IMG/VR virus record: IMGVR_UViG_3300032373_000004
Coordinates: 6,109-70,108 of that record
From: a virus
Strand: one strand, 5' to 3'
Length of the DNA stretch: 64,000 bases
A program made the translations under genes and the position numbers. This document shows positions 40,130 through 49,684 of this stretch, piece after piece (positions within the stretch are counted from its first letter, which is position 1; the number at the start of each line of letters is the position of its first letter). Below the pieces are notes generated by a model that worked only from the letters and a program-made list of their open reading frames with translations, did not search any database and was not told the origin of the DNA.

Positions 40130-40552
40130 TTATTTTATAAGACTTTTAAATCTTAAATATCTTCTATAATATTTAATAGTAGTTTTCTTCCTATATCCTT
40201 TATAAAATCCACCGTTCCACATCCTTACTATATCCTGTTCAGTAGGTTGTTTACTATAACGTTTAACAAACCTCTTAATCCCAGCATTTATGTATAATGT
40301 GAATATTTCCTCAGCGCAATGTTCATTAAAAGCATCTTGATGAGTGTAATCAGTTCCATATATTCGATTTACATCATCTATACAGATTTTATGTATTTGA
40401 AGAATTCCAAAAGCCTTACCGTTATCTCCTATAGCTTTTATATCACCATTCGACTCTGTTTGTTTGAGCACTGTTATAATCTTAGATATATCAGATGCTT
40501 GACAAAACGATGATAGTGATAATAATATTATTAGGATTAACTTAGGTTTCAT
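40130..40552 (-). CDS. secreted lytic transglycosylase (SLT-domain) protein
   Basis: Signal peptide MKPKLILIILLSLSSFCQA; catalytic-Glu motif KQTESNGD and GILQIH. Confidence 0.55.
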   Translation of the reverse strand: MKPKLILIILLSLSSFCQASDISKIITVLKQTESNGDIKAIGDNGKAFGILQIHKICIDDVNRIYGTDYTHQDAFNEHCAEEIFTLYINAGIKRFVKRYSKQPTEQDIVRMWNGGFYKGYRKKTTIKYYRRYLRFKSLIK

Positions 40553-40755
40553 TACTCTAAAACAATTTTACATTGGTATTTAGGGTATTGAGTTTTAACT
40601 ACAAAATCTACTAACTTACCTAACATACTTTGTTTCTGTTCTCTGTAAACCGTAGGGTTATTCACTTTAAAAAAATTATGCTCTCTAATAGCTGCTTTCT
40701 TTTTAGCTCTCCTACGCTGTTTCTGCTCTCTTTTTAATTCTAATTCTCGTGTCAT
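40552..40755 (-). CDS. small basic protein
   Basis: 67 aa, KRR-rich N-terminus. Confidence 0.35.
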   Translation of the reverse strand: MTRELELKREQKQRRRAKKKAAIREHNFFKVNNPTVYREQKQSMLGKLVDFVVKTQYPKYQCKIVLE

Positions 40756-41000
40756 ACTTGTTCTATTTTAGTTATTTTACAATTCAAATCTACGAATACT
40801 GGCTCTTTACCAACGGCTTCGTTATACCCTTTATTAAAGGACACATAAACAGGCTGGTTCATTTTAGACCTGTCTAAATCCACATAGGTTCTTTCCCAAT
40901 CTCCTTTACGAGTATCACCTGTTTCCAGAATTTTACCTCGTCTATCAACTGTGAAAAAACCTATTTTTGGATTACTTAAATATATTTTTGTTTTACTCAT
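40752..41000 (-). CDS. hypothetical small protein
   Basis: 82-aa ORF. Confidence 0.4.
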   Translation of the reverse strand: MSKTKIYLSNPKIGFFTVDRRGKILETGDTRKGDWERTYVDLDRSKMNQPVYVSFNKGYNEAVGKEPVFVDLNCKITKIEQV

Positions 41001-41003
41001 CCG

Positions 41004-42467
41004 CTAATCAAATTTAACATGATAAATAGCATTAGCAGGTGTCATATAATTAATTTCATTAGGGTCATCAGGAACTAAATATCCTTTATCATCTTCATGT
41101 AAATCATGAAGATTACAAGGTATGATTGTAGTCTTAATTTCCTTAACATCACAACTATGCTCTTTCATAAAATCTGCTATAATAACAGCAAATTGTTTAC
41201 TCATTACCTCACATGATAACATCGGATTATCTTTAATATGAGCTAATATTTTATCATGTAATAGCCAATGGTCAATGATAAAACCTTCATCATTTAATTT
41301 ATAACCGCATAATATTTCGGCTTGGTAATTGTAAGCTTCGTGACCTTCAACATTACATTGTGTTTCAGTATGATTTTCTGTTTGGAAAAAACCTCTTCGA
41401 TTTAATGTAATTAATTCTGTAACAGAATCTTCAAAATTATATGATTTGATAATTTTTTCAGATTCATCATATAAATCATAACCTTTAAAATATTCTTTAA
41501 AAGATATTGGATTATATTCTGATTTATTACGACTGAAAAATTCAAAACTACTAAATGAGTTTCTAGGACTATCGTAGAACGTAAATCCTTGTTTAGAATA
41601 CTCTCGCTCCCAAGGAGTGTTATCATATAATTCTGTATTATTTATTTTAAAAGGGAAATCTAAACTGAATAATAATTTAGCTTCTTCTTTAGTATCACAT
41701 ATAATAGTGATACTATCGTCTTTTAATTTTTGAAGTTTTTTCTTCAAACCTTTTTTCTTCTTAGGATATGTATTAAAGAATAATGTATAATTTCTATCTT
41801 CTAAAACACTTCTCCAAAAAGCATGACCTTCAATTGTATCAAGCCATGTAAAACCACCTCCACCATCATCTGCCCCTCTTCTACTCTCTTCAAAAATGCT
41901 AATGTTTTCAGGATTACCTTGTTCAACTTGACGTTTTAGTAATAACTTTACTACTTCTTTAGGTGTGTTTTTAAGATATCCTTTAAACTTTGATTTAGTT
42001 TTAGATATTTTATCAAAGAATAAATTAAAATTCTCATTTATTATAACATCTTCCCAAAAATCATTACCTTCTTTAGTTTTTTCCCACTTGAATCCTCCAT
42101 CATCAACGGATGCGTGTCTATCGTTTTCAAACACTTTAACATTTTTAGGGTTACCGTCTTTTACTTGACGTTTAAGCATTTCTTTAACAATTCGTTTTGG
42201 AAACCCTTTAATATCACCTTTATATTTAGATTTAGTTTTCTTAGGGTATTTTTCAAAAAACCTATCGAAATTTCTATCAATTAAAACAGTAGACCAAAAA
42301 CCATGACCTTCTTTTGTATCACTCCACCCAAAACCATTCCCTAAAGAACTTGCTGATATATGGTCTTCAAAAACAGATACGTCTTCATTGTTACCTTGTT
42401 TAACCTGATGTTTTAAAATTGCTTTTACGATTTCTTTTGGGAAACCTTTTAATTTTCCTTTGTACAT
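41004..42467 (-). CDS. protein with three tandem about 80-aa repeats plus about 240-aa C-terminal domain
   Basis: Repeat unit GFPKxIVKxxLKxQVxxGNxxNVxVFExxxxAxxDxGGFxWxxTxEGxxFWxxVxxxxNFxxFF occurs 3 times (residues about 3-75, 84-160, 164-245). Confidence 0.6.
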   Translation of the reverse strand: MYKGKLKGFPKEIVKAILKHQVKQGNNEDVSVFEDHISASSLGNGFGWSDTKEGHGFWSTVLIDRNFDRFFEKYPKKTKSKYKGDIKGFPKRIVKEMLKRQVKDGNPKNVKVFENDRHASVDDGGFKWEKTKEGNDFWEDVIINENFNLFFDKISKTKSKFKGYLKNTPKEVVKLLLKRQVEQGNPENISIFEESRRGADDGGGGFTWLDTIEGHAFWRSVLEDRNYTLFFNTYPKKKKGLKKKLQKLKDDSITIICDTKEEAKLLFSLDFPFKINNTELYDNTPWEREYSKQGFTFYDSPRNSFSSFEFFSRNKSEYNPISFKEYFKGYDLYDESEKIIKSYNFEDSVTELITLNRRGFFQTENHTETQCNVEGHEAYNYQAEILCGYKLNDEGFIIDHWLLHDKILAHIKDNPMLSCEVMSKQFAVIIADFMKEHSCDVKEIKTTIIPCNLHDLHEDDKGYLVPDDPNEINYMTPANAIYHVKFD

Positions 42468-42494
42468 TTTATTTGATTTTAATTATTATTCGTT

Positions 42495-42713
42495 TTAATT
42501 AGGTTTAAATTCAAATATTACATAACCGTTACCATAACCTACTCTTCTCATTTGAAATAGTAAGATTGCTAAACCCTCTTCGGTTTCAATCATATACTTC
42601 TCAAACACGTTGTCTTTACTTACAACTTGGTCAATGAAACGATGAGATATATACTTATCTAATCGTTGTGCTATTTCTTCTTGTGGTTTAAAAAACCATT
42701 TTAAATTTGACAT
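42495..42713 (-). CDS. hypothetical small protein
   Basis: 72-aa ORF. Confidence 0.4.
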   Translation of the reverse strand: MSNLKWFFKPQEEIAQRLDKYISHRFIDQVVSKDNVFEKYMIETEEGLAILLFQMRRVGYGNGYVIFEFKPN

Positions 42714-42931
42714 AATATTTAATTTAGTGTAACAGTTGGTATTGCTCCAATTAATTAGTCTTTCTAACTGTTACTATTTTAAGGATATTTAACCAATTAT
42801 TTTAACTAGTTTTTTACCATGTTGAGTCCTAACCCATTTATGGGTTTTAGATTCTAATTTATCACGTTCATTTAAACGTGCCTTTTTAGCATTTTCTTTT
42901 GCTTGTTTTCTGTCGAAATGATTGTCTTTTG

Positions 42932-43171
42932 TCATGATTGTTTATTTATAAATTCTTCATTAGGTGTTACTTTTGAAAGTAATTCTATACCTGTACAATA
43001 CCTATTCTCATAAGTAAATAGAGCTTCACAAACTCTTAAAACTAATTCTTTATCAGCAGATAAATCAAAATCTAACATCCAATATCCTTTTTGATTAGAT
43101 GCTATTATATAATTTTGAGGAACTTGTCGAATAGTTTGTGAATATTGATTGAATACTAATATGTTTTGCAT
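42932..43171 (-). CDS. hypothetical small protein
   Basis: 79-aa ORF. Confidence 0.4.
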   Translation of the reverse strand: MQNILVFNQYSQTIRQVPQNYIIASNQKGYWMLDFDLSADKELVLRVCEALFTYENRYCTGIELLSKVTPNEEFINKQS

Positions 43172-43173
43172 AA

Positions 43174-43335
43174 TTAGTAATTTTCATTATAAACTCTAGT
43201 TGCTAACTGTAATGCGTGTGCATTAATTTGTGCCATTCTACCTGCTGTCTGACAACTTGGTAACTGGATTCCATTATAGGTTGTTTCACCTCTTAGGATT
43301 GCTCTTTGGATGTTGTTAATTTCTATTGTGTTCAT
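43174..43335 (-). CDS. hypothetical 53-aa protein (not in supplied ORF track)
   Basis: ATG at 43335 (cat on + strand) to TAA at 43174; MNTIEINNIQRAILRGETTYNGIQLPSCQTAGRMAQINAHALQLATRVYNENY; abuts preceding gene with 2-nt spacing. Confidence 0.3.
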   Translation of the reverse strand: MNTIEINNIQRAILRGETTYNGIQLPSCQTAGRMAQINAHALQLATRVYNENY

Positions 43336-43979
43336 GATTGATAATTTTAGTCAGTAGTGTGTGTATTGCTCACATCAATAAGTCATTCTTACACTACTGT
43401 TTCTGTGTTTTAATTTTATTGTAAAGACTATTACTCTACTTCTTTAATACTTGTACTCACATACCTATATCGGATTTCTAATTACCCATATTTAAGGATT
43501 AGGCAAATTATACTTGTATCAACGCATTTGCTACGCTATTAGCTCTCTATGGTTTTGCTAACACTACCCCTATTTTAAACTGTTTGGTCAGTACTGTTTG
43601 ACGTTACAAAGATAAAGTCTATTATTGAGATACACAAGTGAAAAGTAAAATATTTTACGTTTAATAGTAAAAAAAGTCTTTGTTGCTTACTTATTACCTT
43701 GTTTAACCATACTGCATAGCGTAACGTGCTAACAACTAGTGTACATAACTTGGCAAAGTACTTTTTATAGTATTCTACTTTTCTACTGTATATTTCAAAG
43801 AACTAAACTTTATGTTTAACTTCGGTACAAAGATATAACGAGTTTTTGAATCTCACAAGAGAAAAGTGAAAAACTTTTATTTTGTTATGTTATATAATGT
43901 ATTAAAATTAAAGAACTTGCCTAACTCATCAGTGTATTCTTAAAGGCTGAATACAGACAGGTTGTTACACCTGTTTCGT

Positions 43980-44123
43980 TTATTTATTATCACTTCTAAT
44001 TATAGCCTGTTCAATACTATCTATAATTTCATTCTTTAAACTAATTCCTTCATTAATTGTTAAACCTGATAAACTAAATCCTAATTTCTCAGCCATTTCA
44101 AATACTATTGTTAATTTTTCCAT
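43980..44123 (-). CDS. hypothetical 47-aa protein (not in ORF track) with duplicated promoter/leader module
   Basis: ATG at 44123 preceded by the same about 40-nt upstream sequence as gene 44236-44436; MEKLTIVFEMAEKLGFSLSGLTINEGISLKNEIIDSIEQAIIRSDNK. Confidence 0.3.
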   Translation of the reverse strand: MEKLTIVFEMAEKLGFSLSGLTINEGISLKNEIIDSIEQAIIRSDNK

Positions 44124-44150
44124 AATATAATGTTTAAGTTATTACTGATG

Positions 44151-44158
44151 CAAATATA
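44151..44158 (-). promoter_or_regulatory. putative -7 promoter box (TATATTTG) 28 nt upstream of start 44123
   Basis: + strand ..ttactgatgcaaatataaatatg.. Confidence 0.4.
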
Positions 44159-44235
44159 AATATGTTATTTTAATCTCACAAGACATTTTTGCATTATTTT
44201 AATAAAAAAGGGGCTTTTAAACCCCTTTAATAACA

Positions 44236-44436
44236 TCAATGTAAATCTTTTTGTTCGTTGTAGTAATCCCAAGCTTCTTGCTCTGTATTTCTCCAACCTA
44301 AAGTTGTTACATTGTTTTTTGTTCCTTTAGTTGATTTAACACGTATTATCCAACGTCCATCTTTCAACTGTGAAACTCCTTCGGTTTTGTTACGGTCATT
44401 TCTTTTAAAGCTGTTTCCGTAGTTTAATCCTGCCAT
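44236..44436 (-). CDS. hypothetical small protein (66 aa)
   Basis: ORF preceded by a duplicate of the 44124-44165 upstream module (variant box ACATTTGT at 44464-44471). Confidence 0.4.
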   Translation of the reverse strand: MAGLNYGNSFKRNDRNKTEGVSQLKDGRWIIRVKSTKGTKNNVTTLGWRNTEQEAWDYYNEQKDLH

Positions 44437-45780
44437 AATATAATGTTTAAGTTATTACTGATACAAATGTATGTATAATAATTGTGTCGTGCAAGTGACA
44501 ATTTGTCAGTGCATGGTGAAGTCAGTGGTAGTGGGATGTTGAGGTGTTAAATAAATTATTATATGTCATGATGTCATGAATAATATGTGTATTTAAATAG
44601 CTGATTATAACATACAGACCTTAATCGCTCGTCCTCCCTGAGTAAAAAACTATTCAATAAATATAATTAGCCTCATAACATTATAGTAACAACTGATTCT
44701 AAAATGTTAGCTTTTCCTTTTTATATATCATACGTACAATTTTAAACCTTCTGATAATCAACAGTTTAAAATAGCTTTGTAAATTATTAGATAATGTTTA
44801 CACCACAAATAAAAGTCTGAATTTATCCCTTAAAAGTTCAATCGTAGACCCCACCACCCCAAAATAAAAATGGATTTCCTTTCAGGTCTCAGGGGGGTCT
44901 ATTCAACTATAGACCCTAAAGCCTCTTTTTGATTTAATTTTTTTGAAAAAATTTTATAAAAAAAATATGGAGCATTAGAATCATAACTAACACTCCATTT
45001 AAGCATCACAGAACGTGATTTAAGGAAAGAAAAAATAAATCTGGGTATATCATACCACAAAGTCTTTTAAAACGTCTTAAAACGGCAATTTTAAAAACCC
45101 TTATTAGACCATAAATTTATCTCATAAAAAATCCCACTGAACAAATGGGATGTAGGGCAAAGATAATAAAAAAATGCTTATATATTAAGTATTAATATAT
45201 AAATTAATATTTAATTAGTTATAATTAAGAAGTTATAATGTAATAAAGTAGATATTGTTTAATAAACTTAAATATCTAATAAGAAGTAGTAGGTTTTCTT
45301 TGCTTCTTTCTTTTGGTTTTCTCTCTTCACAAAGTTACACTTTTTTATTGAATAATGATTTATAAGATATTTGATTAATAATCAATGGTTTAATCAAAAA
45401 CACATCATTTTTACCAAGTAAAATATTTTACAAAAAAGTCAGATAAATAATTTTAATAATACTATATATAAAAACTATAATTTAACCATGAACTATAAAA
45501 ATAATCTATAGTATATTAAAAACATCAATAAAATCAACACTTCACCACATAACAACATATATGGTCAGTAAAAATATTTACATTTTCTTTGGTCAGTAAA
45601 ATATTTTACATTATCTTTACACCAGAATTAAAAATCAAAATAAAATATGAATCTAACAACATTACAATATATAACATTATTCTTCTGGTCAATATTTAGT
45701 CCAACTAAATATAATCAGTATGAATACTACCTGAATATAGGATTACAAGCTAAATATGCTTTCGAAAAAGCTCAAGAATC

Positions 45781-46488
45781 ATGATTAAGAAACAATATAT
45801 AGGTTATTATAGAGTTTCCACTAAAAGACAAGGTGACTCTGGATTGAGTTTAGAGTCTCAAAAACAAGATGTACAAAGATTTGTACCAAATGACGGTACA
45901 TTGATTAATGAATATACGGAAGTTGAATCGGGTAGAAAAAACAACAGGAAACAATTATCTAAAGCATTACAGGAATGTAGAGATACAGGTGCAACTTTGG
46001 TAATAGCTAAATTAGATAGATTATCACGTAATGCTCCTTTTACAATAATGTTAAGGGATTCTAGTGTAGATTTTTTATGTGCAGATATGCCAGAAGCTAA
46101 TAGTTTAACAATAGGTATATTAGCATTAATAGCTCAAGATGAAGCTGATAAAATATCTAGGAGAGTTAAGGATGCTTTATCTGTTATTAAAGGTAAAATT
46201 GAAAGAGGTGAAGAGCATATATCTAAATCAGGTAATGTTATAACTAAATTAGGTGCTTGGAGTACTATGTCAGATTTTGCTAGGGAAAGAGGGTTACAAA
46301 TAAGAAAGGAAAACGCTAAGAATAATCCAGAAAGTAAAAAAGCTGGAGCATTTATAGTGACTGCTAAGAATGCAGGTAATAATTTTAGTCAAATTACTAA
46401 AATGTTAAATAATTCTGGGTTTAGTACCCCTAGAGGGGGTAAATTTTCTCAGGTGCAAACAAAGAGATTATATGAGCGTTATAAATAA
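45781..46488 (+). CDS. small serine recombinase (resolvase/invertase family)
   Basis: Catalytic domain YYRVSTKRQGDSGLSLESQ (nucleophile Ser) and LVIAKLDRLSRN; 235 aa, no large-serine-integrase C-terminal domain. Confidence 0.75.
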   Translation: MIKKQYIGYYRVSTKRQGDSGLSLESQKQDVQRFVPNDGTLINEYTEVESGRKNNRKQLSKALQECRDTGATLVIAKLDRLSRNAPFTIMLRDSSVDFLCADMPEANSLTIGILALIAQDEADKISRRVKDALSVIKGKIERGEEHISKSGNVITKLGAWSTMSDFARERGLQIRKENAKNNPESKKAGAFIVTAKNAGNNFSQITKMLNNSGFSTPRGGKFSQVQTKRLYERYK

Positions 46489-46693
46489 AATAATTAACTG
46501 GATGAGACCTAAATCACCATGTCATAGTTTATCTATGAAGAGTGTTGGTTGTCATGATAATTTTGGAGATATTCCGATTTATCAATGTCCTAAATGTAAA
46601 AAAGAATGGATATGAAAAATAATAAAGATGAAATGATAGATTCATATGTATTATTGATTGTTGTAATATGGATTATAATCACACTGGTTTAAT

Positions 46694-46894
46694 ATGAAAC
46701 ATTGTCCAAATTGCGTAACAGAGTTACAAGAAAATAAGAAAAAATTAGGTAGAAACACTAAATGGTTAGTGTGCCCTAATTGTGGTCTTAGGGTTAAACC
46801 TACGATAGATATAGAAACACCTCATATAGTAAAAGGTGTTAAACGAGATAAAACTTTTATAGAGGATGAAGCAAACGGTAGATATAACCTATAA
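46694..46894 (+). CDS. zinc-ribbon small protein
   Basis: CPNC..CPNCG pair. Confidence 0.4.
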   Translation: MKHCPNCVTELQENKKKLGRNTKWLVCPNCGLRVKPTIDIETPHIVKGVKRDKTFIEDEANGRYNL

Positions 46895-47057
46895 GGTTAA
46901 TGAGATATTAAAACGAAGTGTTTTTAATACTAAAAAGTTATTATCAGAAGGTTTAGATATTAGTAGACCTACTTTAGATTCGAGAATGAGTGGTAAAACT
47001 AAATGGGGTAAATTAGAGAAACATTGGATTAATTATATTTATAAAAAATTAAAATAA
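46866..47057 (+). CDS. hypothetical small protein
   Basis: 63-aa ORF overlapping previous by 29 nt. Confidence 0.3.
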   Translation: MKQTVDITYKVNEILKRSVFNTKKLLSEGLDISRPTLDSRMSGKTKWGKLEKHWINYIYKKLK

Positions 47058-47176
47058 TATGGCACGATATATAGTAAAAAGTATTAAATTAGGAATTAAA
47101 ACTATTAAGATATTAATTATTACTATAATAGTAGTAGTGTTTGTTTTAGGGGTATTACTATTCTAATAATGTTAGT

Positions 47177-47404
47177 ATGTTAACAAAAGAAATAATTAAA
47201 GATAATAGGGCTTATATAGATAATATGGCTTCTAAAGTAATGGTAACGTATTTGGAACGTTCACCATTAAAAGGATTTGAAGACTCAATGAGTGTTGCTA
47301 GAATTAGTTATAAACAAGCATTAGCTATGTTAGAGGTAAGAGATAATTCCTTATTGAATTTAGCTAAAGAACATAATTTAATTAAAGAAGATAATAGTGA
47401 GTAA
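47177..47404 (+). CDS. hypothetical small protein
   Basis: 75-aa ORF. Confidence 0.35.
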   Translation: MLTKEIIKDNRAYIDNMASKVMVTYLERSPLKGFEDSMSVARISYKQALAMLEVRDNSLLNLAKEHNLIKEDNSE

Positions 47405-47581
47405 TTATCCAACAGGTTCTGAACATAACCCACAAGCTCCTTGGAATGAGGAAGATAAAAATAATAATTGTTATTTTTGTGGAGAGCCTATTTCTGGAAA
47501 ATACTACTGTAATAAAATATGTGAAAAATCGGATATGAGTGATTAGTATTTTTTGTACATTTGTTATATAAATGAAATAGA

Positions 47582-47815
47582 ATGGGTCAATCTAAAACAG
47601 TTAAAATTAATTTAAAACAATTAATTGCTAATTTGATTTTTGCATTTGCAGATAAGAATCAAGAAAATGTAGAAAGGATAAAAAATGATTTTGAATTAAT
47701 TTATAATAATGAGTCTGTTAGTATGAAAGGTAATATTATACAGTATTTATTAAGTAATAAAATTGTTCAGGATAATGAAAAATTATTAAATTATTTTAAT
47801 ACATTTTCAAATTAA
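47582..47815 (+). CDS. hypothetical small protein
   Basis: 77-aa ORF. Confidence 0.35.
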   Translation: MGQSKTVKINLKQLIANLIFAFADKNQENVERIKNDFELIYNNESVSMKGNIIQYLLSNKIVQDNEKLLNYFNTFSN

Positions 47816-47826
47816 AAATATTTTTG

Positions 47827-47834
47827 TATATTTG
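47827..47834 (+). promoter_or_regulatory. putative -7 promoter box TATATTTG
   Basis: 30 nt upstream of ATG 47864 in ..gtatatttgcatcat.. Confidence 0.4.
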
Positions 47835-47863
47835 CATCATATTAAAAAACTAAAAATAATAAT

Positions 47864-48142
47864 ATGAGTCATTTAAACAAAGGAAGAGGTTTACAAGTAA
47901 TTTTTGATTACACAGCAGGTAATGTGTCAATTGATGGGCATAAAGCAGCGTTAACAAGAGTTGAGCAGTTAGAAGCTATGAACGATAAAGTTCCACAAAC
48001 TGATATTGTAGCAGCATCTACAGTTCTTACAGGAGCTACACCATATAAAGTGTATGCTTATACGTTAACTGTGAATTTCACAACAGGGGTTTATACTTTC
48101 GTGTTTGTTGAAGAAGCACCTAATGTAGAAAGTTTAAGTTAA
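47864..48142 (+). CDS. hypothetical protein (92 aa)
   Basis: ORF with promoter box upstream. Confidence 0.4.
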   Translation: MSHLNKGRGLQVIFDYTAGNVSIDGHKAALTRVEQLEAMNDKVPQTDIVAASTVLTGATPYKVYAYTLTVNFTTGVYTFVFVEEAPNVESLS

Positions 48143-48299
48143 TAATAAAACATATTATGAAAATATATAATACATATTGTAATTCGTTTAGTTGGAATAT
48201 TCCGATAGGGAGAGGTATGTGTTATGATTTTACAAGTATGTAGTTATTTACTTAATAAAACATAAAATCCTCTCAAGAAATTGGGGGGATTTTTTATTT

Positions 48300-48382
48300 G
48301 GGGATGGAAAGCTATTCGGATATAGCAGCAGGTCTGTAAAACCTGTCCTTAATTGGGAGTGGTTCGAGTCCACCCAGCCCCA
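48300..48382 (+). tRNA. tRNA-Tyr (anticodon GUA), long variable arm
   Basis: Anticodon stem caggt/acctg perfect with loop CUGUAAA; acceptor ggggatg/cagcccc; T-loop TTCGAGT; 12-nt variable region. Confidence 0.55.
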
Positions 48383-48470
48383 CGAGGCTGATAACTTACA
48401 GAAAGAAAGAAACAGGAAAAAGAGTTAGTGATTTTTGGTGGTTATGCACTTGATTATGAAACCATCGCAG

Positions 48471-48562
48471 GGAAGAGTTATCCGAAAGATTCTGGGTAGC
48501 GGAGACGGTCTTGAAAACCGTTTGTTGTAAAAGATGTGAGGGTTCGAATCCCTTCTCTTCCT
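48471..48562 (+). tRNA. tRNA-Ser (anticodon UGA), type II
   Basis: Acceptor ggaagag/ctcttcc perfect; anticodon stem acggt/accgt with loop CUUGAAA; 16-nt variable arm; T-arm gaggg-ttcgaat-ccctt. Confidence 0.7.
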
Positions 48563-48656
48563 CAAATAGAAAGTAAACCAGTAAGGTACTGGACTCCCCT
48601 GCTAAGGGATGTGAGGGTAAAACCTTGAGAATCGTGTTCTCTTCTTTCTGCTAAAA

Positions 48657-48728
48657 TCTTCTCTCGTATAAAGGTTATTACGTGTGACTGTTAATCACTT
48701 TATCAAGGTTCGAGTCCTTGGGGAAGAG
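48657..48728 (+). tRNA. tRNA-Asn (anticodon GUU)
   Basis: Acceptor tcttctc/gggaaga, loop CUGUUAA, perfect T-arm caagg-ttcgagt-ccttg. Confidence 0.65.
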
Positions 48729-48735
48729 CTAAAAT

Positions 48736-48808
48736 ACACATAGTGTCGTCTGGGAGCGACAGCAGTCTCCAAAACTGTGAGCTTAGGGTTCGAATCCTTA
48801 TATGTGTG
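48736..48808 (+). tRNA. tRNA-Trp (anticodon CCA)
   Basis: Acceptor acacata/tatgtgt perfect, D-stem gtcg/cgac, anticodon stem gcagt/actgt with loop CUCCAAA. Confidence 0.75.
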
Positions 48809-48822
48809 CTAATATATTAATT

Positions 48823-48895
48823 GGGGAAGAAGCTAACTCGGTAGAAGCGTTAGTCTGAAAAACTAAAGGAATGTGTTCGACTCACATCTTTCCCA
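48823..48895 (+). tRNA. tRNA-Phe (anticodon GAA)
   Basis: Acceptor ggggaag/ctttccc, anticodon stem ttagt/actaa with loop CUGAAAA, perfect T-arm atgtg-ttcgact-cacat. Confidence 0.75.
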
Positions 48896-48900
48896 CAATA

Positions 48901-48971
48901 CACCATAATCCTGATGGTGAAGGGTTGCCTCTGCAAAAGGTAAAGTGTCAGTTCGATTCTGACTGTGGTGT
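48901..48971 (+). tRNA. tRNA-Cys (anticodon GCA)
   Basis: Acceptor caccata/tgtggtg, loop CUGCAAA, perfect T-arm gtcag-ttcgatt-ctgac. Confidence 0.7.
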
Positions 48972-49008
48972 CAATTATTTTTATTATCTTTGTGTAAAAT
49001 ATAATAAA

Positions 49009-49647
49009 ATGAATAAAGGTCAATTCGAAAAAAGAATAACCGAAGAACAAATACAAGAAATATTATATCTTTACTCAAAAGGTTTTTCTTATAGGGCTAT
49101 AGCAGCTAAAATAGGTTTTTCACATGAAACTGTTAGGAGATATATAAAATTAAATACTCCTAAAGATAAGCTGATATATAATCATACTAAGACTAGAAAG
49201 AAAAAACCTAAACCTCGACATAAGTCTACTAGAGATTATGATTTTTTACAATATGTTAGACCAGTGTTTAGATGGGCTACTAAAAATTCAAATTTAAATA
49301 GGTCTCAAGTAGAATTATTATTATATTTATACCCAAAAGGTGTATTTACTAAAAAAGAATTTTATGATTATCATAAAATAATGGGGATTTACCAAATTAA
49401 AACTTTTAATTTATTTATGGAAAATGGATTCATGAATGTTTGGAGACCTAAGAAAGTAGGTCAAAAAGCTTTATACGTATTAACAAATAAAGCTAAACAG
49501 CTTTGTGATAAAATGCACAAATTTTTAACAGGTGAGAAAGAAATACCTGTTAGTCCTCAACATAATATTTTAGCTAAAGATACAGGTGTTAGGATAAATA
49601 CTTATTATATGGATATTATTAAAAAAATGAATAAAGATAGAGATTAA
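49009..49647 (+). CDS. HTH DNA-binding protein (possible transcription regulator)
   Basis: Start trimmed to MNKGQF (49009), since the ORF-track N-terminus overlaps tRNA-Phe/Cys; HTH-like ILYLYSKGFSYRAIAAKIGFSHETVRRYIK. Confidence 0.5.
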   Translation: MNKGQFEKRITEEQIQEILYLYSKGFSYRAIAAKIGFSHETVRRYIKLNTPKDKLIYNHTKTRKKKPKPRHKSTRDYDFLQYVRPVFRWATKNSNLNRSQVELLLYLYPKGVFTKKEFYDYHKIMGIYQIKTFNLFMENGFMNVWRPKKVGQKALYVLTNKAKQLCDKMHKFLTGEKEIPVSPQHNILAKDTGVRINTYYMDIIKKMNKDRD

Positions 49648-49684
49648 AAAAAGTGTATAGTTCAATAACTATACACTTTTCATT

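Noticed and set aside
45781-46488. Prophage integrase / integrated-element boundary
   Set aside because: The recombinase is a small resolvase/invertase type with no large-serine-integrase domains; no att-like direct repeats or host-like genes flank it; the surrounding content is uniformly phage-like.
48871-49008. N-terminal 46 codons of ORF 48871-49647
   Set aside because: They overlap tRNA-Phe and tRNA-Cys on the same strand; the first plausible start is ATG 49009 (MNKGQF), preceded by an A-rich stretch.
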